IMG/VR virus record: IMGVR_UViG_3300042891_001180
Length of the DNA stretch: 64,000 bases
Direction: 5' to 3' (one strand)
Source of the DNA: a virus
In this document: in pieces, positions 46,076 to 55,457 of the stretch
Layout: every line of letters begins with the position of its first letter
Position numbering within the stretch: position 1 is the stretch's first letter
The notes under the pieces: generated by a model
What the model saw: only the letters and a program-made list of their open reading frames with translations
What the model was told of the DNA's origin: nothing
Databases searched by the model: none
Made by a program: the position numbers and the translations under genes

Positions 46076-47784
46076 TTTGCAATCCTGCTAAAGTTCTGAT
46101 GCTTCTCAAATTTAATTACTGATCTAAACTTATCAAATAAAGCGTCTTTATGACTGATAATAAAGATATTATTATCTTCGCCTATAGTATTTAGGATAGT
46201 CATAACAAAGTCTGTTCCATTGATATCTAACGAGCCATCGAACACTTCATCCAACATCAATAGATTGGTAGAGGCAGAGTTCTTCATTCTAGCAATTGTA
46301 CGCCAGGTAAACAATAAAGCCAAATCAATCTTAGCCTTCTCACCTTCAGAGAACGATGCATAACTAAACTCATCTCTATGTCTAGACTTTATCTTCTCGT
46401 TAAATGCCTCATCTATCTCAAACGAGATAAAGAAGTCCATCGCCTGGAGATACTTATTGACTAGTTTATTAATGACTGGGAGGTACTGTTTAATAATCTT
46501 TGTCTTGATCCCTGTATCCTTAAGGAGTACAGAGGCAATCTCAAGATAGTGCCTCTCTTCAACCAATGCGCTCTTTGCTTCCGAATGAACGACCACTTCC
46601 TTAGCAATTGCTTTGAGTTTGGATTGCTCTTCAGCAAGCTTAGATACGTCTGCCCCTGCTGTCGGGATGTCTTGATTAAGCTTCTGGATATAGTTTTGAC
46701 TGGCAATGATTCTGGTATTGAGGCTAATAATGTTGCTCTTATGTTGAGCGATTTTCTCTTCGACCAGAGTAATCTCATCAAGTCGTGTCTCAATAGCGTC
46801 AAGTTGTTCGGTAAGGGTTTGAACAGCGGTTTCAATTTCACCAATTTTATGAGTGTGAGCCGCCTTTGCATTCTCTTTGACTTCAGCCTCAAGAGCTTGG
46901 TTACATGTCGGACATACATCATGTTCGTCATAAAACGATACATGTTTCTCCTGTGTCTTAATTCGCTCGGATAGTTTTCTAAGCAGCGCATCCAGTTCCG
47001 TACGTTTAGTACGCTTCTCGGTGTTGTCCACAATACTGGATTGAAGTAGACTTGCCCCGTTGTTTTCCTCTTCGACACTACGTTGAAGTTGTGCAATCTC
47101 TGCATTCGATTCAGATATTCGCTTTTGTACATCTTCTACCTTCTTCTGCTTATCTTCTTCCAGCGTCTTGATATAGTCTTGTTGAATCTTTACCTTAGAC
47201 TTACCCAGGTCAATCTTATTTTCGAGATCAGTTATCTTAACTTTAATATCGCTTGCTTTATCCTTCAGTACTGTATTCATAACAGTAAAGATCTTAATAT
47301 CTAATAGATCCTCAATCACCTCTCGCCTATGCGCGGCAGGTAATTGCATGAATGGAGTGAAGGAGGCAGAGCCCAGAATAACAATCTGAGTAAACGACTT
47401 ATAGTTTAGCTTCAGTACCTGATCTTCTAAGTACTTCTGATAGTCTCTTGCAGCGGCATCCTGATTCAATAACTCACCATTAAGGTATATCTCGAATACA
47501 GTCGGCTTACCGCCACGGCATATCTTATACTCTTTACTACCAATAGTAAACTCTACCTCTACCAACATATTCTTACCGTTGATAGAGTTAACCAACTGAG
47601 GCTTATTAATATTACGGAATGGCTTGTTGAATAGGGCAAAGCATAAGGCGTCTAGAATAGTAGACTTACCTGCACCATTTTCACCTATAATTAATGTAGT
47701 AGGTGACTTATCAAATTTAACTTCTGTAAATTGTGCGCCAGTTGATAAAAAGTTTTGCCATCTTATAACTTTAAATTTAATCAT
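46072..47784 (-). CDS. gp46: Recombination endonuclease subunit, Rad50/SbcC-like ATPase
   Basis: GENGAGKST, CPTC zinc hook, SFSEGEK, LDEVFD, ISH. Confidence 0.96.
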   Translation of the reverse strand: MIKFKVIRWQNFLSTGAQFTEVKFDKSPTTLIIGENGAGKSTILDALCFALFNKPFRNINKPQLVNSINGKNMLVEVEFTIGSKEYKICRGGKPTVFEIYLNGELLNQDAAARDYQKYLEDQVLKLNYKSFTQIVILGSASFTPFMQLPAAHRREVIEDLLDIKIFTVMNTVLKDKASDIKVKITDLENKIDLGKSKVKIQQDYIKTLEEDKQKKVEDVQKRISESNAEIAQLQRSVEEENNGASLLQSSIVDNTEKRTKRTELDALLRKLSERIKTQEKHVSFYDEHDVCPTCNQALEAEVKENAKAAHTHKIGEIETAVQTLTEQLDAIETRLDEITLVEEKIAQHKSNIISLNTRIIASQNYIQKLNQDIPTAGADVSKLAEEQSKLKAIAKEVVVHSEAKSALVEERHYLEIASVLLKDTGIKTKIIKQYLPVINKLVNKYLQAMDFFISFEIDEAFNEKIKSRHRDEFSYASFSEGEKAKIDLALLFTWRTIARMKNSASTNLLMLDEVFDGSLDINGTDFVMTILNTIGEDNNIFIISHKDALFDKFRSVIKFEKHQNFSRIAK

Positions 47785-48842
47785 ACTTCTTCATAGTTTT
47801 GCGCTTCAACATATAACGTCTTCATTAAGGTCTTGATGCGTGTCTTATCAGCCTCAGTATCTAAGCTATCAACATATTGTGATAGTAAGGTAACAGTATC
47901 TTCTAGATCTACTTCTTGATCACCCATTGCATCTGCTTCAAACTCAGATAGATCTTCAATAATTTTTAACTCTAAGGGGTTAACCTTATACAATCTCTCA
48001 ATAAACTGATCGTACTTATAGTAATCTTTTTTATTAACAACTATTAACTTAATGTGCTGGTTGGCATACTGACTTACATCAACAGTAGAAGGATCTACTT
48101 TCTCGTCGTCGTAGTAGACTTTAGAAAAGATCGAAAACGGGTTCTGAATAAAATCCAACGATCTCTCACTGGTGTCGAATATATGAAAGCCACGAGGGTC
48201 TTCGAAATCCGCCCAGGTAAGCTCATAAGGATTTCCAAGATAGTTAATGTTCCCATTACTACTACGGTGGTGAAAGTGGCCAGAACAAACCAGATCGAAC
48301 TTCTCAAATATCTTAGGATCAAATCCTTCATCGTTCTCGTGACCTTTATACATCTGAAAGCCAGCAATCTCAAAGTGCCCGAACAGTACCTGGGCATCGG
48401 TAGTCTTGATAGCTTCCATGCTTTGATTATAATTATCTGTACATATCCATGGCATCATGAATATCTTAGACCCATCATCGAATACTATCTCTGAAGGGGT
48501 ATCAATAACATTGAACTCATAGTCTTTAAGCAATAGACGAGGGGAGTTAACGTCATTGGTATTCTTAAAGAAGGTATCGTGATTACCTACAATCATATGT
48601 AGTTCGATATCCCTTTTTTTAATTTCGTCAAAAAAGTAACTACGACAAGAAGACAAGGTATTAAAATTGATATACTTACGGCGATCGAAACAATCACCAA
48701 GGTGTACAATATGTCGTATACCCCTTTTATCAATCTCAGGGAAGAAGACTTCCTCATAAAATTTCCTAAAGAAATTATCAAAGGGGATACTATCCGAGCG
48801 GGCACCGAAATGGGTATCGGTTACAAGCGCTATTTTAGTCAT
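47781..48842 (-). CDS. gp47: Recombination endonuclease subunit, Mre11/SbcD-like
   Basis: TDTHFG, GDCFDRRK, GNHD, GHFE, SGHFH. Confidence 0.95.
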   Translation of the reverse strand: MTKIALVTDTHFGARSDSIPFDNFFRKFYEEVFFPEIDKRGIRHIVHLGDCFDRRKYINFNTLSSCRSYFFDEIKKRDIELHMIVGNHDTFFKNTNDVNSPRLLLKDYEFNVIDTPSEIVFDDGSKIFMMPWICTDNYNQSMEAIKTTDAQVLFGHFEIAGFQMYKGHENDEGFDPKIFEKFDLVCSGHFHHRSSNGNINYLGNPYELTWADFEDPRGFHIFDTSERSLDFIQNPFSIFSKVYYDDEKVDPSTVDVSQYANQHIKLIVVNKKDYYKYDQFIERLYKVNPLELKIIEDLSEFEADAMGDQEVDLEDTVTLLSQYVDSLDTEADKTRIKTLMKTLYVEAQNYEEV

Positions 48843-49311
48843 TAAACTCGTTATCTTCCTTGTGTCCAACACGCATGGCCATATTGCTATCAGTCTCACG
48901 TACCTCTACCTTATAGCACCAGATACGATTTTGCTCTCCATAGCTTGGTAAAAAGATAGTATTTATATATTCATACAAAAAGTCTGCCAGACCTTCACAC
49001 CCAGTCTTTTCTACTTCTGTAATCTTAGCAATACCCTGCTTACCAAGTTCAAGTAGATATTCACGCTTAGGGTCGTCTTGTGCTACTAGCAAAGTATGAT
49101 CAAACCATTCTTCTAGTTTATCTTTTAATGGGCGCAGACCACCAAAGTCCATTACCCAATTGCGTGCATCCAATGTATCAGATTCGAACTCAAAGTGAAA
49201 TGATAAAGCATAACCATGGACTAAGTTACAGTGACTATCAGCTCTCCACTGACGGTACGCAACAGGTCCAATCTGCTTATACGTTTTAGTTGAAATATAT
49301 TTTTTTGCCAT
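48835..49311 (-). CDS. queD: 6-carboxytetrahydropterin synthase
   Basis: HCNLVHGY, WVMDFGG, FDHT, VRET..N.A. Confidence 0.88.
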   Translation of the reverse strand: MAKKYISTKTYKQIGPVAYRQWRADSHCNLVHGYALSFHFEFESDTLDARNWVMDFGGLRPLKDKLEEWFDHTLLVAQDDPKREYLLELGKQGIAKITEVEKTGCEGLADFLYEYINTIFLPSYGEQNRIWCYKVEVRETDSNMAMRVGHKEDNEFND

Positions 49312-49314
49312 TTT

Positions 49315-49378
49315 TTTCCTATGTTAATTAGCATAGGCAGCAGAATTTATAGAGCGGGATGACGCCGGAGACCGCTTA
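49315..49378 (-). promoter_or_regulatory. Candidate preQ1-I-like riboswitch in the queD leader
   Basis: AGCGG-TCTCCGGCGTCATC-CCGCT-CTATAAATTCTGCTGCC, then CCTATG-N8-CATAGG hairpin over the RBS. Confidence 0.5.
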
Positions 49379-49381
49379 TTT

Positions 49382-50122
49382 TTACTCAAGTAGATTATCT
49401 TTTATTTCTTTAAGCATACGCTTCTTTATCTTACTCTGATTAAAGATTAAATATATCTCTTCAAAATATGTCTTAATAGGAAATTTTTTTGTTTCTCTTA
49501 CTGACACACAAGTTTCATACATATTTCTTAATGCAAGGGTGTAGTAAAATTTTTTAAATACTATTTTTTTATCTGTAAAAAACTCTATGTAATATAAGAT
49601 ATCATTTAACTTAATGTTTACTGTTCCTGGCTCTTTAATATACAGAGCAACATCTAATAGTCTTACCCATTGACCGATGTCAAAGGATCCTTCAATAATA
49701 CCTGTTTTTTTCGTAAAGTCATTATTTGTATAATTGGCATTCTTTTGTTTTATAAGTAAAGATGGTTCCTCTGTAAAAAGAAAATATTTACATAAATTAA
49801 AAGACATAAGTCCTGTATTAGCATCCCTTGCAACGATACATTTATCTGAAAACTCTTTATCATGATCAGGCGTATATATGTTATGACCGTCCCATTTAAT
49901 TTTTACTTCAGCTGGTGATGTAATTGTAAATGTATTATTTAAACTATTAAGTACAGCAGGACATTTTAGAAAATTATTTTTATCATTATCAGGGTGTACA
50001 AGTTTATGCCCCAATTGCCTTAACTCCTTAATTGCAGGTTCAGGTTCTTTGTGGGTCAAGTTAAATTTTGATTGTACAAAGCCTGGCGCCCAATATACAA
50101 TAATTTCTTCTTTATCTCTCAT
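49382..50122 (-). CDS. Hypothetical AT-rich protein interrupting the deazaguanine cluster
   Basis: VYWAP, KCPAV...NTFTI.SP, GSFDIGQWVR. Confidence 0.65.
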   Translation of the reverse strand: MRDKEEIIVYWAPGFVQSKFNLTHKEPEPAIKELRQLGHKLVHPDNDKNNFLKCPAVLNSLNNTFTITSPAEVKIKWDGHNIYTPDHDKEFSDKCIVARDANTGLMSFNLCKYFLFTEEPSLLIKQKNANYTNNDFTKKTGIIEGSFDIGQWVRLLDVALYIKEPGTVNIKLNDILYYIEFFTDKKIVFKKFYYTLALRNMYETCVSVRETKKFPIKTYFEEIYLIFNQSKIKKRMLKEIKDNLLE

Positions 50123-50649
50123 ACGTATTTTTTATCATGTTCTTTACCAATACCATAACTACCATCGTACATCTTTAATGCCTCAGCATCAAAGGACAAA
50201 TACTGCCCTACCCTCGTACCTTGCTTAATGCGCGCGACACCAGTCGTAACATGAAGTACCCCGGCCATGACACCGTGATAGCCAGAATCATAAAGACCTG
50301 AAGTAATAAAACAACCATTGCGGTTAAGAGTGCTACGAGTAATGACCCAACCAGCTTCCCCCTCGCCCACATGGATGACGTTTTCCATAACGATCTCATA
50401 ACTCCCCGGGTATAGCGTAAAATAACCTTCTCCGTCTGGATTGAGTTCCGTAGAACCTCTATGCTTTTTGTGATCATTGCTTACCTCAAACACTTCGTTA
50501 TTAATTTGAAATACCTTACCTAAACGTAGATCTACAGCATTAGGTTGAATATCTCCATCAACAACATTGGTAAGCTTAGTCCTACTACTTTCCCCCATCA
50601 CGTGCTTCATACTAAAGGGTTCTGAATATAATTTATATGTAACTGTCAT
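50119..50649 (-). CDS. dCTP deaminase/dUTPase family protein
   Basis: QPNAVDLRL, RSTLNRNG, YDSGYHG, RVGQ. Confidence 0.8.
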   Translation of the reverse strand: MTVTYKLYSEPFSMKHVMGESSRTKLTNVVDGDIQPNAVDLRLGKVFQINNEVFEVSNDHKKHRGSTELNPDGEGYFTLYPGSYEIVMENVIHVGEGEAGWVITRSTLNRNGCFITSGLYDSGYHGVMAGVLHVTTGVARIKQGTRVGQYLSFDAEALKMYDGSYGIGKEHDKKYV

Positions 50650-51263
50650 GCATTCTCCGGGATGTAATATGGATTCTCCATTGTCTGAAAATAAGCAATA
50701 GGAGATATTTGTTTGTACTTAAGATTAATTTTAAATACTCTATTAGGTGGTAACGACTCAGTAAACTCAACCTTGGTGGATGAGAAGTTTAAATCTTTAT
50801 CGTAGAACATTGGTGATATTTCATTCCTGAATACAAACAACTCACCACTATTATACATGATACAGGCAAAAGTGCCATCGACTCTGGATAATGCACTCCA
50901 GCCGTAGTTAAGAACTTGTTCTAGTAACCATTGAGTATCCCAGGTACCTTCTGATAAGTTCTTTTGCTTGATAATACCATTATGCCATAGCATACAGTCC
51001 CCGTATACTGCTGGGTGAATATTATTGGCATTGGTAGTTGGTGCCTGGCTATGAGCAATATAATACTTGTTATCTCCTTGAGCAAGACCCGTGATAAGAC
51101 CTTCAGGTATCCTATCTCTATCTTGCATCATTGTATCTAATCGTACCTTATGCTCATCAAACGAAAACGCGGAAAGGGAGTAACTTAACTCCCCCCTATA
51201 AGCATTCAATCGATATAAATCGGTCAGTTTATTCTGACTAAATGAACCAGTTATTGCGCACAT
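50646..51263 (-). CDS. Stand-alone class II (Ntn) glutamine amidotransferase
   Basis: N-terminal nucleophile Cys (M-CAITG), RG, HSQAPT, HP, HNGII, DT, DGTFA. Confidence 0.8.
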   Translation of the reverse strand: MCAITGSFSQNKLTDLYRLNAYRGELSYSLSAFSFDEHKVRLDTMMQDRDRIPEGLITGLAQGDNKYYIAHSQAPTTNANNIHPAVYGDCMLWHNGIIKQKNLSEGTWDTQWLLEQVLNYGWSALSRVDGTFACIMYNSGELFVFRNEISPMFYDKDLNFSSTKVEFTESLPPNRVFKINLKYKQISPIAYFQTMENPYYIPENA

Positions 51264-51264
51264 G

Positions 51265-52029
51265 TTACACCTTCATTTTTCCGATTAGGTCTTGCCAAGG
51301 GATTACTTTAGAATACTCTACAGGATCATTATAACCTATTTTAGCAAAATTGGCAATACGTTCCGAGCAACTAGGACACTCACCACATGAACGATGTTGT
51401 GCATCAGGGTTGTAACACGTCATAGTAAATGCCGTAAGCATAAAGTTACCATCTAGTTCTTGCAAGATCTGTAACTCATCGTACTTAGACAGTTGACTGA
51501 AAGGTGCAGTTAATTTAATCTTAATGATACGGTTTTCAGATAGCAGATCATTTACTTTATCTACCCAGCGTTGAGTAGTATCGTGGTAGCCATACTCATC
51601 ATGAACCTGTAGCCCACAAACAACAGTATCAACGTTCTGGGTCTCTGCAAAGGCGGCCGCAATAGACATCAAGATCATATTACGGTTAGGTACATAAGTC
51701 TTAGGACGAGGATCACCTAAAACGTCTTTAATGGTAGGCATAGCCATATCGGTATCAACATTAGCAGAAAAGCCTTTACTGATATCACCTAGGAAAGATG
51801 CATCAACTACTCTATGCTTAACACCTAGTAGGTTAGTAGACATTCTAGCCATCTCAATCTCACGCTTCTGCTTCTGACCGTAGTAGAAGGTTAGAGCCGA
51901 TACGTTTTCTTTGCCATACTTCTGTACAGCCAATCTCATAGCAATGGTACTATCCATACCGCCAGATAGAATAACTACACAGCCGTCTACATCAGGCAAT
52001 AATGCTAGCGCTTCACTTGAAGTCATCAT
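51265..52029 (-). CDS. queC: 7-cyano-7-deazaguanine synthase
   Basis: LSGGMDS, YGQK, TYVPNRN, TCY...CGECPSC..R. Confidence 0.94.
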   Translation of the reverse strand: MMTSSEALALLPDVDGCVVILSGGMDSTIAMRLAVQKYGKENVSALTFYYGQKQKREIEMARMSTNLLGVKHRVVDASFLGDISKGFSANVDTDMAMPTIKDVLGDPRPKTYVPNRNMILMSIAAAFAETQNVDTVVCGLQVHDEYGYHDTTQRWVDKVNDLLSENRIIKIKLTAPFSQLSKYDELQILQELDGNFMLTAFTMTCYNPDAQHRSCGECPSCSERIANFAKIGYNDPVEYSKVIPWQDLIGKMKV

Positions 52030-52231
52030 GTTTCTCTTTCAATTCTTTTTGAATACGGTGAATATAAACTACTGCATCCATCAGCTCTTCTTTCAGATGC
52101 TGAATCCATTGCATTAGATCTAGATCGGTACGCTCGGTAGTCACCCCGTACTTATCAAAGCCGTGACAGGCTCTTAACTCAAATTCATTACAAATTTCAT
52201 TTACGTTGGGATCAGGTCCAGTTATTTTCAT
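52013..52231 (-). CDS. Small MazG-like all-alpha NTP pyrophosphohydrolase
   Basis: G..KYGVT, W.QHLKEELMDAVVY (EExxD). Confidence 0.6.
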   Translation of the reverse strand: MKITGPDPNVNEICNEFELRACHGFDKYGVTTERTDLDLMQWIQHLKEELMDAVVYIHRIQKELKEKHDDFK

Positions 52232-53148
52232 TGTCTTGCTGTCTTTTCACAGAAGTTATAAGCATCAATAATAGGTGCTTGGTTTAAGAGATAGTAATTA
52301 GATGCGCGAGTAGGATTGATATCAATACCACCTCTACGAGTATACAAGCATGTGACCAATAACTCTTCAGGGTCTAACAAGTCATATAAGCGCTTGTAAA
52401 TGCATTCGGCAATCTCTTCATGGAAATGATTCTCTTTGCGCATTGATACAATGTACTGCAGTAATGATTCAGGGGTAACAGCCTTCTCGCCTTTAATATG
52501 AATATAAACATCACCCCAGTCTGGCTGGTTAGTTACTCGGCAATTTGAACGCAACGAATGTGAACGCCATCTTTCATAACGACCAATAGAAGGGACAACT
52601 TCAAGAATATCAGATGATTCATTATATTGATCAAATGACATCTTAGCAACATTACAGTATTCTTCAAGCGCCATAAAGTCACCTTTCAAAGGCTTGAGAG
52701 TATCTACATCACCAACTGCAATATAAACACCAACGTCTCCGCCTACAGCCTTGGAGAGATCTTTTTCAATTTGTTCTTCAATATAATGAAGATCTTCTTT
52801 ACCTTCAATTAAGCGAGCCATATTATAAGAGTTCAAATATAACTTAACCGATTTAGACTCAACAATATTAGGAGTACTGGATGAGTAAGTAAACTTTAAC
52901 CAACCGGAGATAGGAAAGCCATTCTTCTGTAAGGTAGAGAACTCATAAGCATTCCAGGCATCCATACCTACAAAAGGTAATTCTTCTTCTTGAATATCGT
53001 ATGCTGTACGATTCAAATAACGAGGTACAGAAACCAAGAGACTTGGATCAACTTCATCTGGCGTTACATAGGGGTTAACAGCTGACCCATCACCTGCCTT
53101 ACCTAAATGGACCCCAATCAGCTTATTCAGTTCGTCTTGATTACTCAT
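52228..53148 (-). CDS. queF: NADPH-dependent preQ0 reductase, bimodular type
   Basis: DAWNAYE, ESKSVKLYLNS QueF motif, catalytic C in SNCRVTNQPD, FHE, YTRRGGIDINP. Confidence 0.93.
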   Translation of the reverse strand: MSNQDELNKLIGVHLGKAGDGSAVNPYVTPDEVDPSLLVSVPRYLNRTAYDIQEEELPFVGMDAWNAYEFSTLQKNGFPISGWLKFTYSSSTPNIVESKSVKLYLNSYNMARLIEGKEDLHYIEEQIEKDLSKAVGGDVGVYIAVGDVDTLKPLKGDFMALEEYCNVAKMSFDQYNESSDILEVVPSIGRYERWRSHSLRSNCRVTNQPDWGDVYIHIKGEKAVTPESLLQYIVSMRKENHFHEEIAECIYKRLYDLLDPEELLVTCLYTRRGGIDINPTRASNYYLLNQAPIIDAYNFCEKTARQ

Positions 53149-53681
53149 TATCTTCCTTCTAAATGATCTAAAATTGTATTAACTCTATTACGCACAGAGC
53201 CTTTAACTCTAAGCATACTTAAATTTTCTTTTTCAATAACATATTCAAATAATTCTGCAATCTCATCTCTAAATTGCTTATTGATACTGCGTACACCATC
53301 ATCCACAATCTCAAACTCAGGCTCAATATAGAAGACATAATCATACGAATGCCATACTTTATTAAATACTTCTCTAACATATTTCAAAGTATTTGCACTA
53401 ATTTGATTTTTATTATACAAGTACGCACTATAAACTAAACCGTCTAGTGCAGTACGATCTGTTAACATATTACCGTACATGAACACATTAACAATATGCT
53501 CATTCATAATAAGACGTTGAGTTATATCGGTACCTTCTTCATTAATAGGTAAGCCATAACTCTTTACGCGACGAGTTACCTCATCACATACAACATAGTC
53601 TTTAAATAGTTTTTCCGAGCGCAACGCATTCAATAAAGTAGTCTTACCTACCGACTGCGCACCCGTTATACCAATCTTCAT
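53148..53681 (-). CDS. P-loop nucleotide kinase (NadR/AAA_28-like)
   Basis: ITGAQSVGKTT, DRTALD..VY, DDGVR. Confidence 0.8.
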   Translation of the reverse strand: MKIGITGAQSVGKTTLLNALRSEKLFKDYVVCDEVTRRVKSYGLPINEEGTDITQRLIMNEHIVNVFMYGNMLTDRTALDGLVYSAYLYNKNQISANTLKYVREVFNKVWHSYDYVFYIEPEFEIVDDGVRSINKQFRDEIAELFEYVIEKENLSMLRVKGSVRNRVNTILDHLEGR

Positions 53682-54220
53682 AATCCCTTTTCCCTTAAGA
53701 AGAAATTCCATGCCGATAACGAAGTCATCTTAAGTGAAGCATATAGATCTTCTCTAGTATAATTTCTATTACGTACATAGACAGATTTCAGTACATCACC
53801 ACCATCTAGTTCAGCTGTGCATTTATGTACAACACTGCCTATTATATTATACTTGTCGTTATCTTGCCATACTTTTTCTTGCGGATCTTTTCCTTTTAAC
53901 TCAGGGAAGAGAGTAATTGCTCCAGGATGGCCGTTATATACTTCGTATTTTTCACATATATCAGCTGGTAGAATGCGAAGGTAACCATGAAGACTAATAA
54001 GGGTCTGAGGAACATTATATACCACCTGATTTCTAAAGTAGTTCATTATCATATCATGCTTAGCAGACATAATAGTAACACCCAGCTCACGAATGCCTGG
54101 GTGAAATTTAATTTTATCTTCGAAGTTATTAGTTACCAATAAGTCTGGCTTACGCTTGATAGACTTAGATAACTCTACAATCTCAGAGCCTGTCTGACTA
54201 AAGAATGCAACCCACAACAT
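53678..54220 (-). CDS. PurN-fold formyltransferase, probably DpdN-like preQ1 formyltransferase
   Basis: FSQTGSE, LHGYLRIL, NGHPG, G.VVH...ELDGG; embedded among Que genes. Confidence 0.78.
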   Translation of the reverse strand: MLWVAFFSQTGSEIVELSKSIKRKPDLLVTNNFEDKIKFHPGIRELGVTIMSAKHDMIMNYFRNQVVYNVPQTLISLHGYLRILPADICEKYEVYNGHPGAITLFPELKGKDPQEKVWQDNDKYNIIGSVVHKCTAELDGGDVLKSVYVRNRNYTREDLYASLKMTSLSAWNFFLREKGL

Positions 54221-55020
54221 TACCTGTATCCGTGAACAAAAGAACGGAAGTACAAAATGTTATGCTTGATGGTATGCATAGTGGCTACCGAGGGCTCAGG
54301 AGTGTTAAGTAGCTCAATGAGCTTGATGGATTTCTTAGCATCCAGACCACCAGGCTCGTAACCAAGGCCCAGCAAAGCGTGAACAATAGGGTTGGAAGTA
54401 TCCAATGACTCCAACCATTCGAAACCTTGACGATAGAACATAAATTCAATCGGTAACGCGCACCCAAGGAGGTGATGCGGCTTTTTAGTATTGATAACAT
54501 CATCTTGTAATAATCTAGTTAAAGTTTGTACCCTACCTAATGCATAACCCACCCACTTGTTAGGATGAGGACAAACCTCGAGGTAGTACGAGTAGTCAAA
54601 GGAAATTGCAATCTTATCTACACCAATTACATTATCAAGATAATCATAGCATTGAACTATGTCTTCATAACTCTTACCCTGAACAACACCAATTTTCTTA
54701 CCAGGTATATCGGAATACTTTTCTTTCCAATCTAAAGCATTATCCATTGTACCGAGTGTATCTTCGAGTACATCAGGAATAATATATTCAGTAGGTTGTA
54801 GTTCTTTAATCCAATGGGCATACCGATCAGAATCAAATGCCGTACCTAATTCAAAGATAGAATTATCTAGCAAGACGGTTCGACCCTGAGCTAGAGAATC
54901 TTTAAAGAATTGGTAATAGGTTGGTTCGGTTTCGAACAAGTGGACAAGAGCGTAATCGTAATCGTTATAACTACGAGACCGATCAAGAAGGCAAAGCGGG
55001 GATTCATGACTAATTTTCAT
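54220..55020 (-). CDS. TGT/DpdA-like TIM-barrel protein (DpdA3-like candidate)
   Basis: LLDNSIFELG, IPDV, GVVQG, HHLLG, SLDTS in the order of TGT-family motifs; cluster context. Confidence 0.65.
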   Translation of the reverse strand: MKISHESPLCLLDRSRSYNDYDYALVHLFETEPTYYQFFKDSLAQGRTVLLDNSIFELGTAFDSDRYAHWIKELQPTEYIIPDVLEDTLGTMDNALDWKEKYSDIPGKKIGVVQGKSYEDIVQCYDYLDNVIGVDKIAISFDYSYYLEVCPHPNKWVGYALGRVQTLTRLLQDDVINTKKPHHLLGCALPIEFMFYRQGFEWLESLDTSNPIVHALLGLGYEPGGLDAKKSIKLIELLNTPEPSVATMHTIKHNILYFRSFVHGYR

Positions 55021-55454
55021 TGTAGTTTCTCAATAATATTCGATGTTACAGGGACCCAAATTACAGTATCATCGTACTTAGTTTTCTTTGCTCGATGTTT
55101 ATTTTCATTAACATAAGCTATCATATCTGTTATATTATAACGGTAAATAGATTTTGTATCCACATCTACCCCGTAAATTTGTTCCGCCATTGTAGTATAT
55201 AACCACCCTGCGCGATTTTTTCTTTTATTAACCAACTCCACACAAAGGGTACCCTTATAGTAGTTAGATTTAACATCAACAGCAACCCCGTTAATAATAC
55301 AATCAATCTTTAATACTACTTGACTGTTAATATCGTTCTTATCTTCAAATAAAATATTATTAGTCTTGCAATATTCTTCTACAATTGCTTCACCAAGGTC
55401 GCCCTTGGCACCATTAGCACCATAGCGACCTTCGGAGTTTGCATACCATGTCAT
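55017..55454 (-). CDS. PD-(D/E)XK nuclease-like protein
   Basis: G.LGE helix, ID, DVK, VE, GW. Confidence 0.55.
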   Translation of the reverse strand: MTWYANSEGRYGANGAKGDLGEAIVEEYCKTNNILFEDKNDINSQVVLKIDCIINGVAVDVKSNYYKGTLCVELVNKRKNRAGWLYTTMAEQIYGVDVDTKSIYRYNITDMIAYVNENKHRAKKTKYDDTVIWVPVTSNIIEKLQ

Positions 55455-55457
55455 ATA

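Noticed and set aside
46461-47132. 223-aa alternative-frame ORF inside gp46
   Set aside because: Lies within the gp46 coiled coil; no RBS or motif; gp46 is intact, so no frameshift is needed
53678-54220. Calling this purN for purine synthesis
   Set aside because: No other pur genes in the window; the PurN N-terminal SGxGSN motif is altered to SQTGSE; context is deazaguanine synthesis
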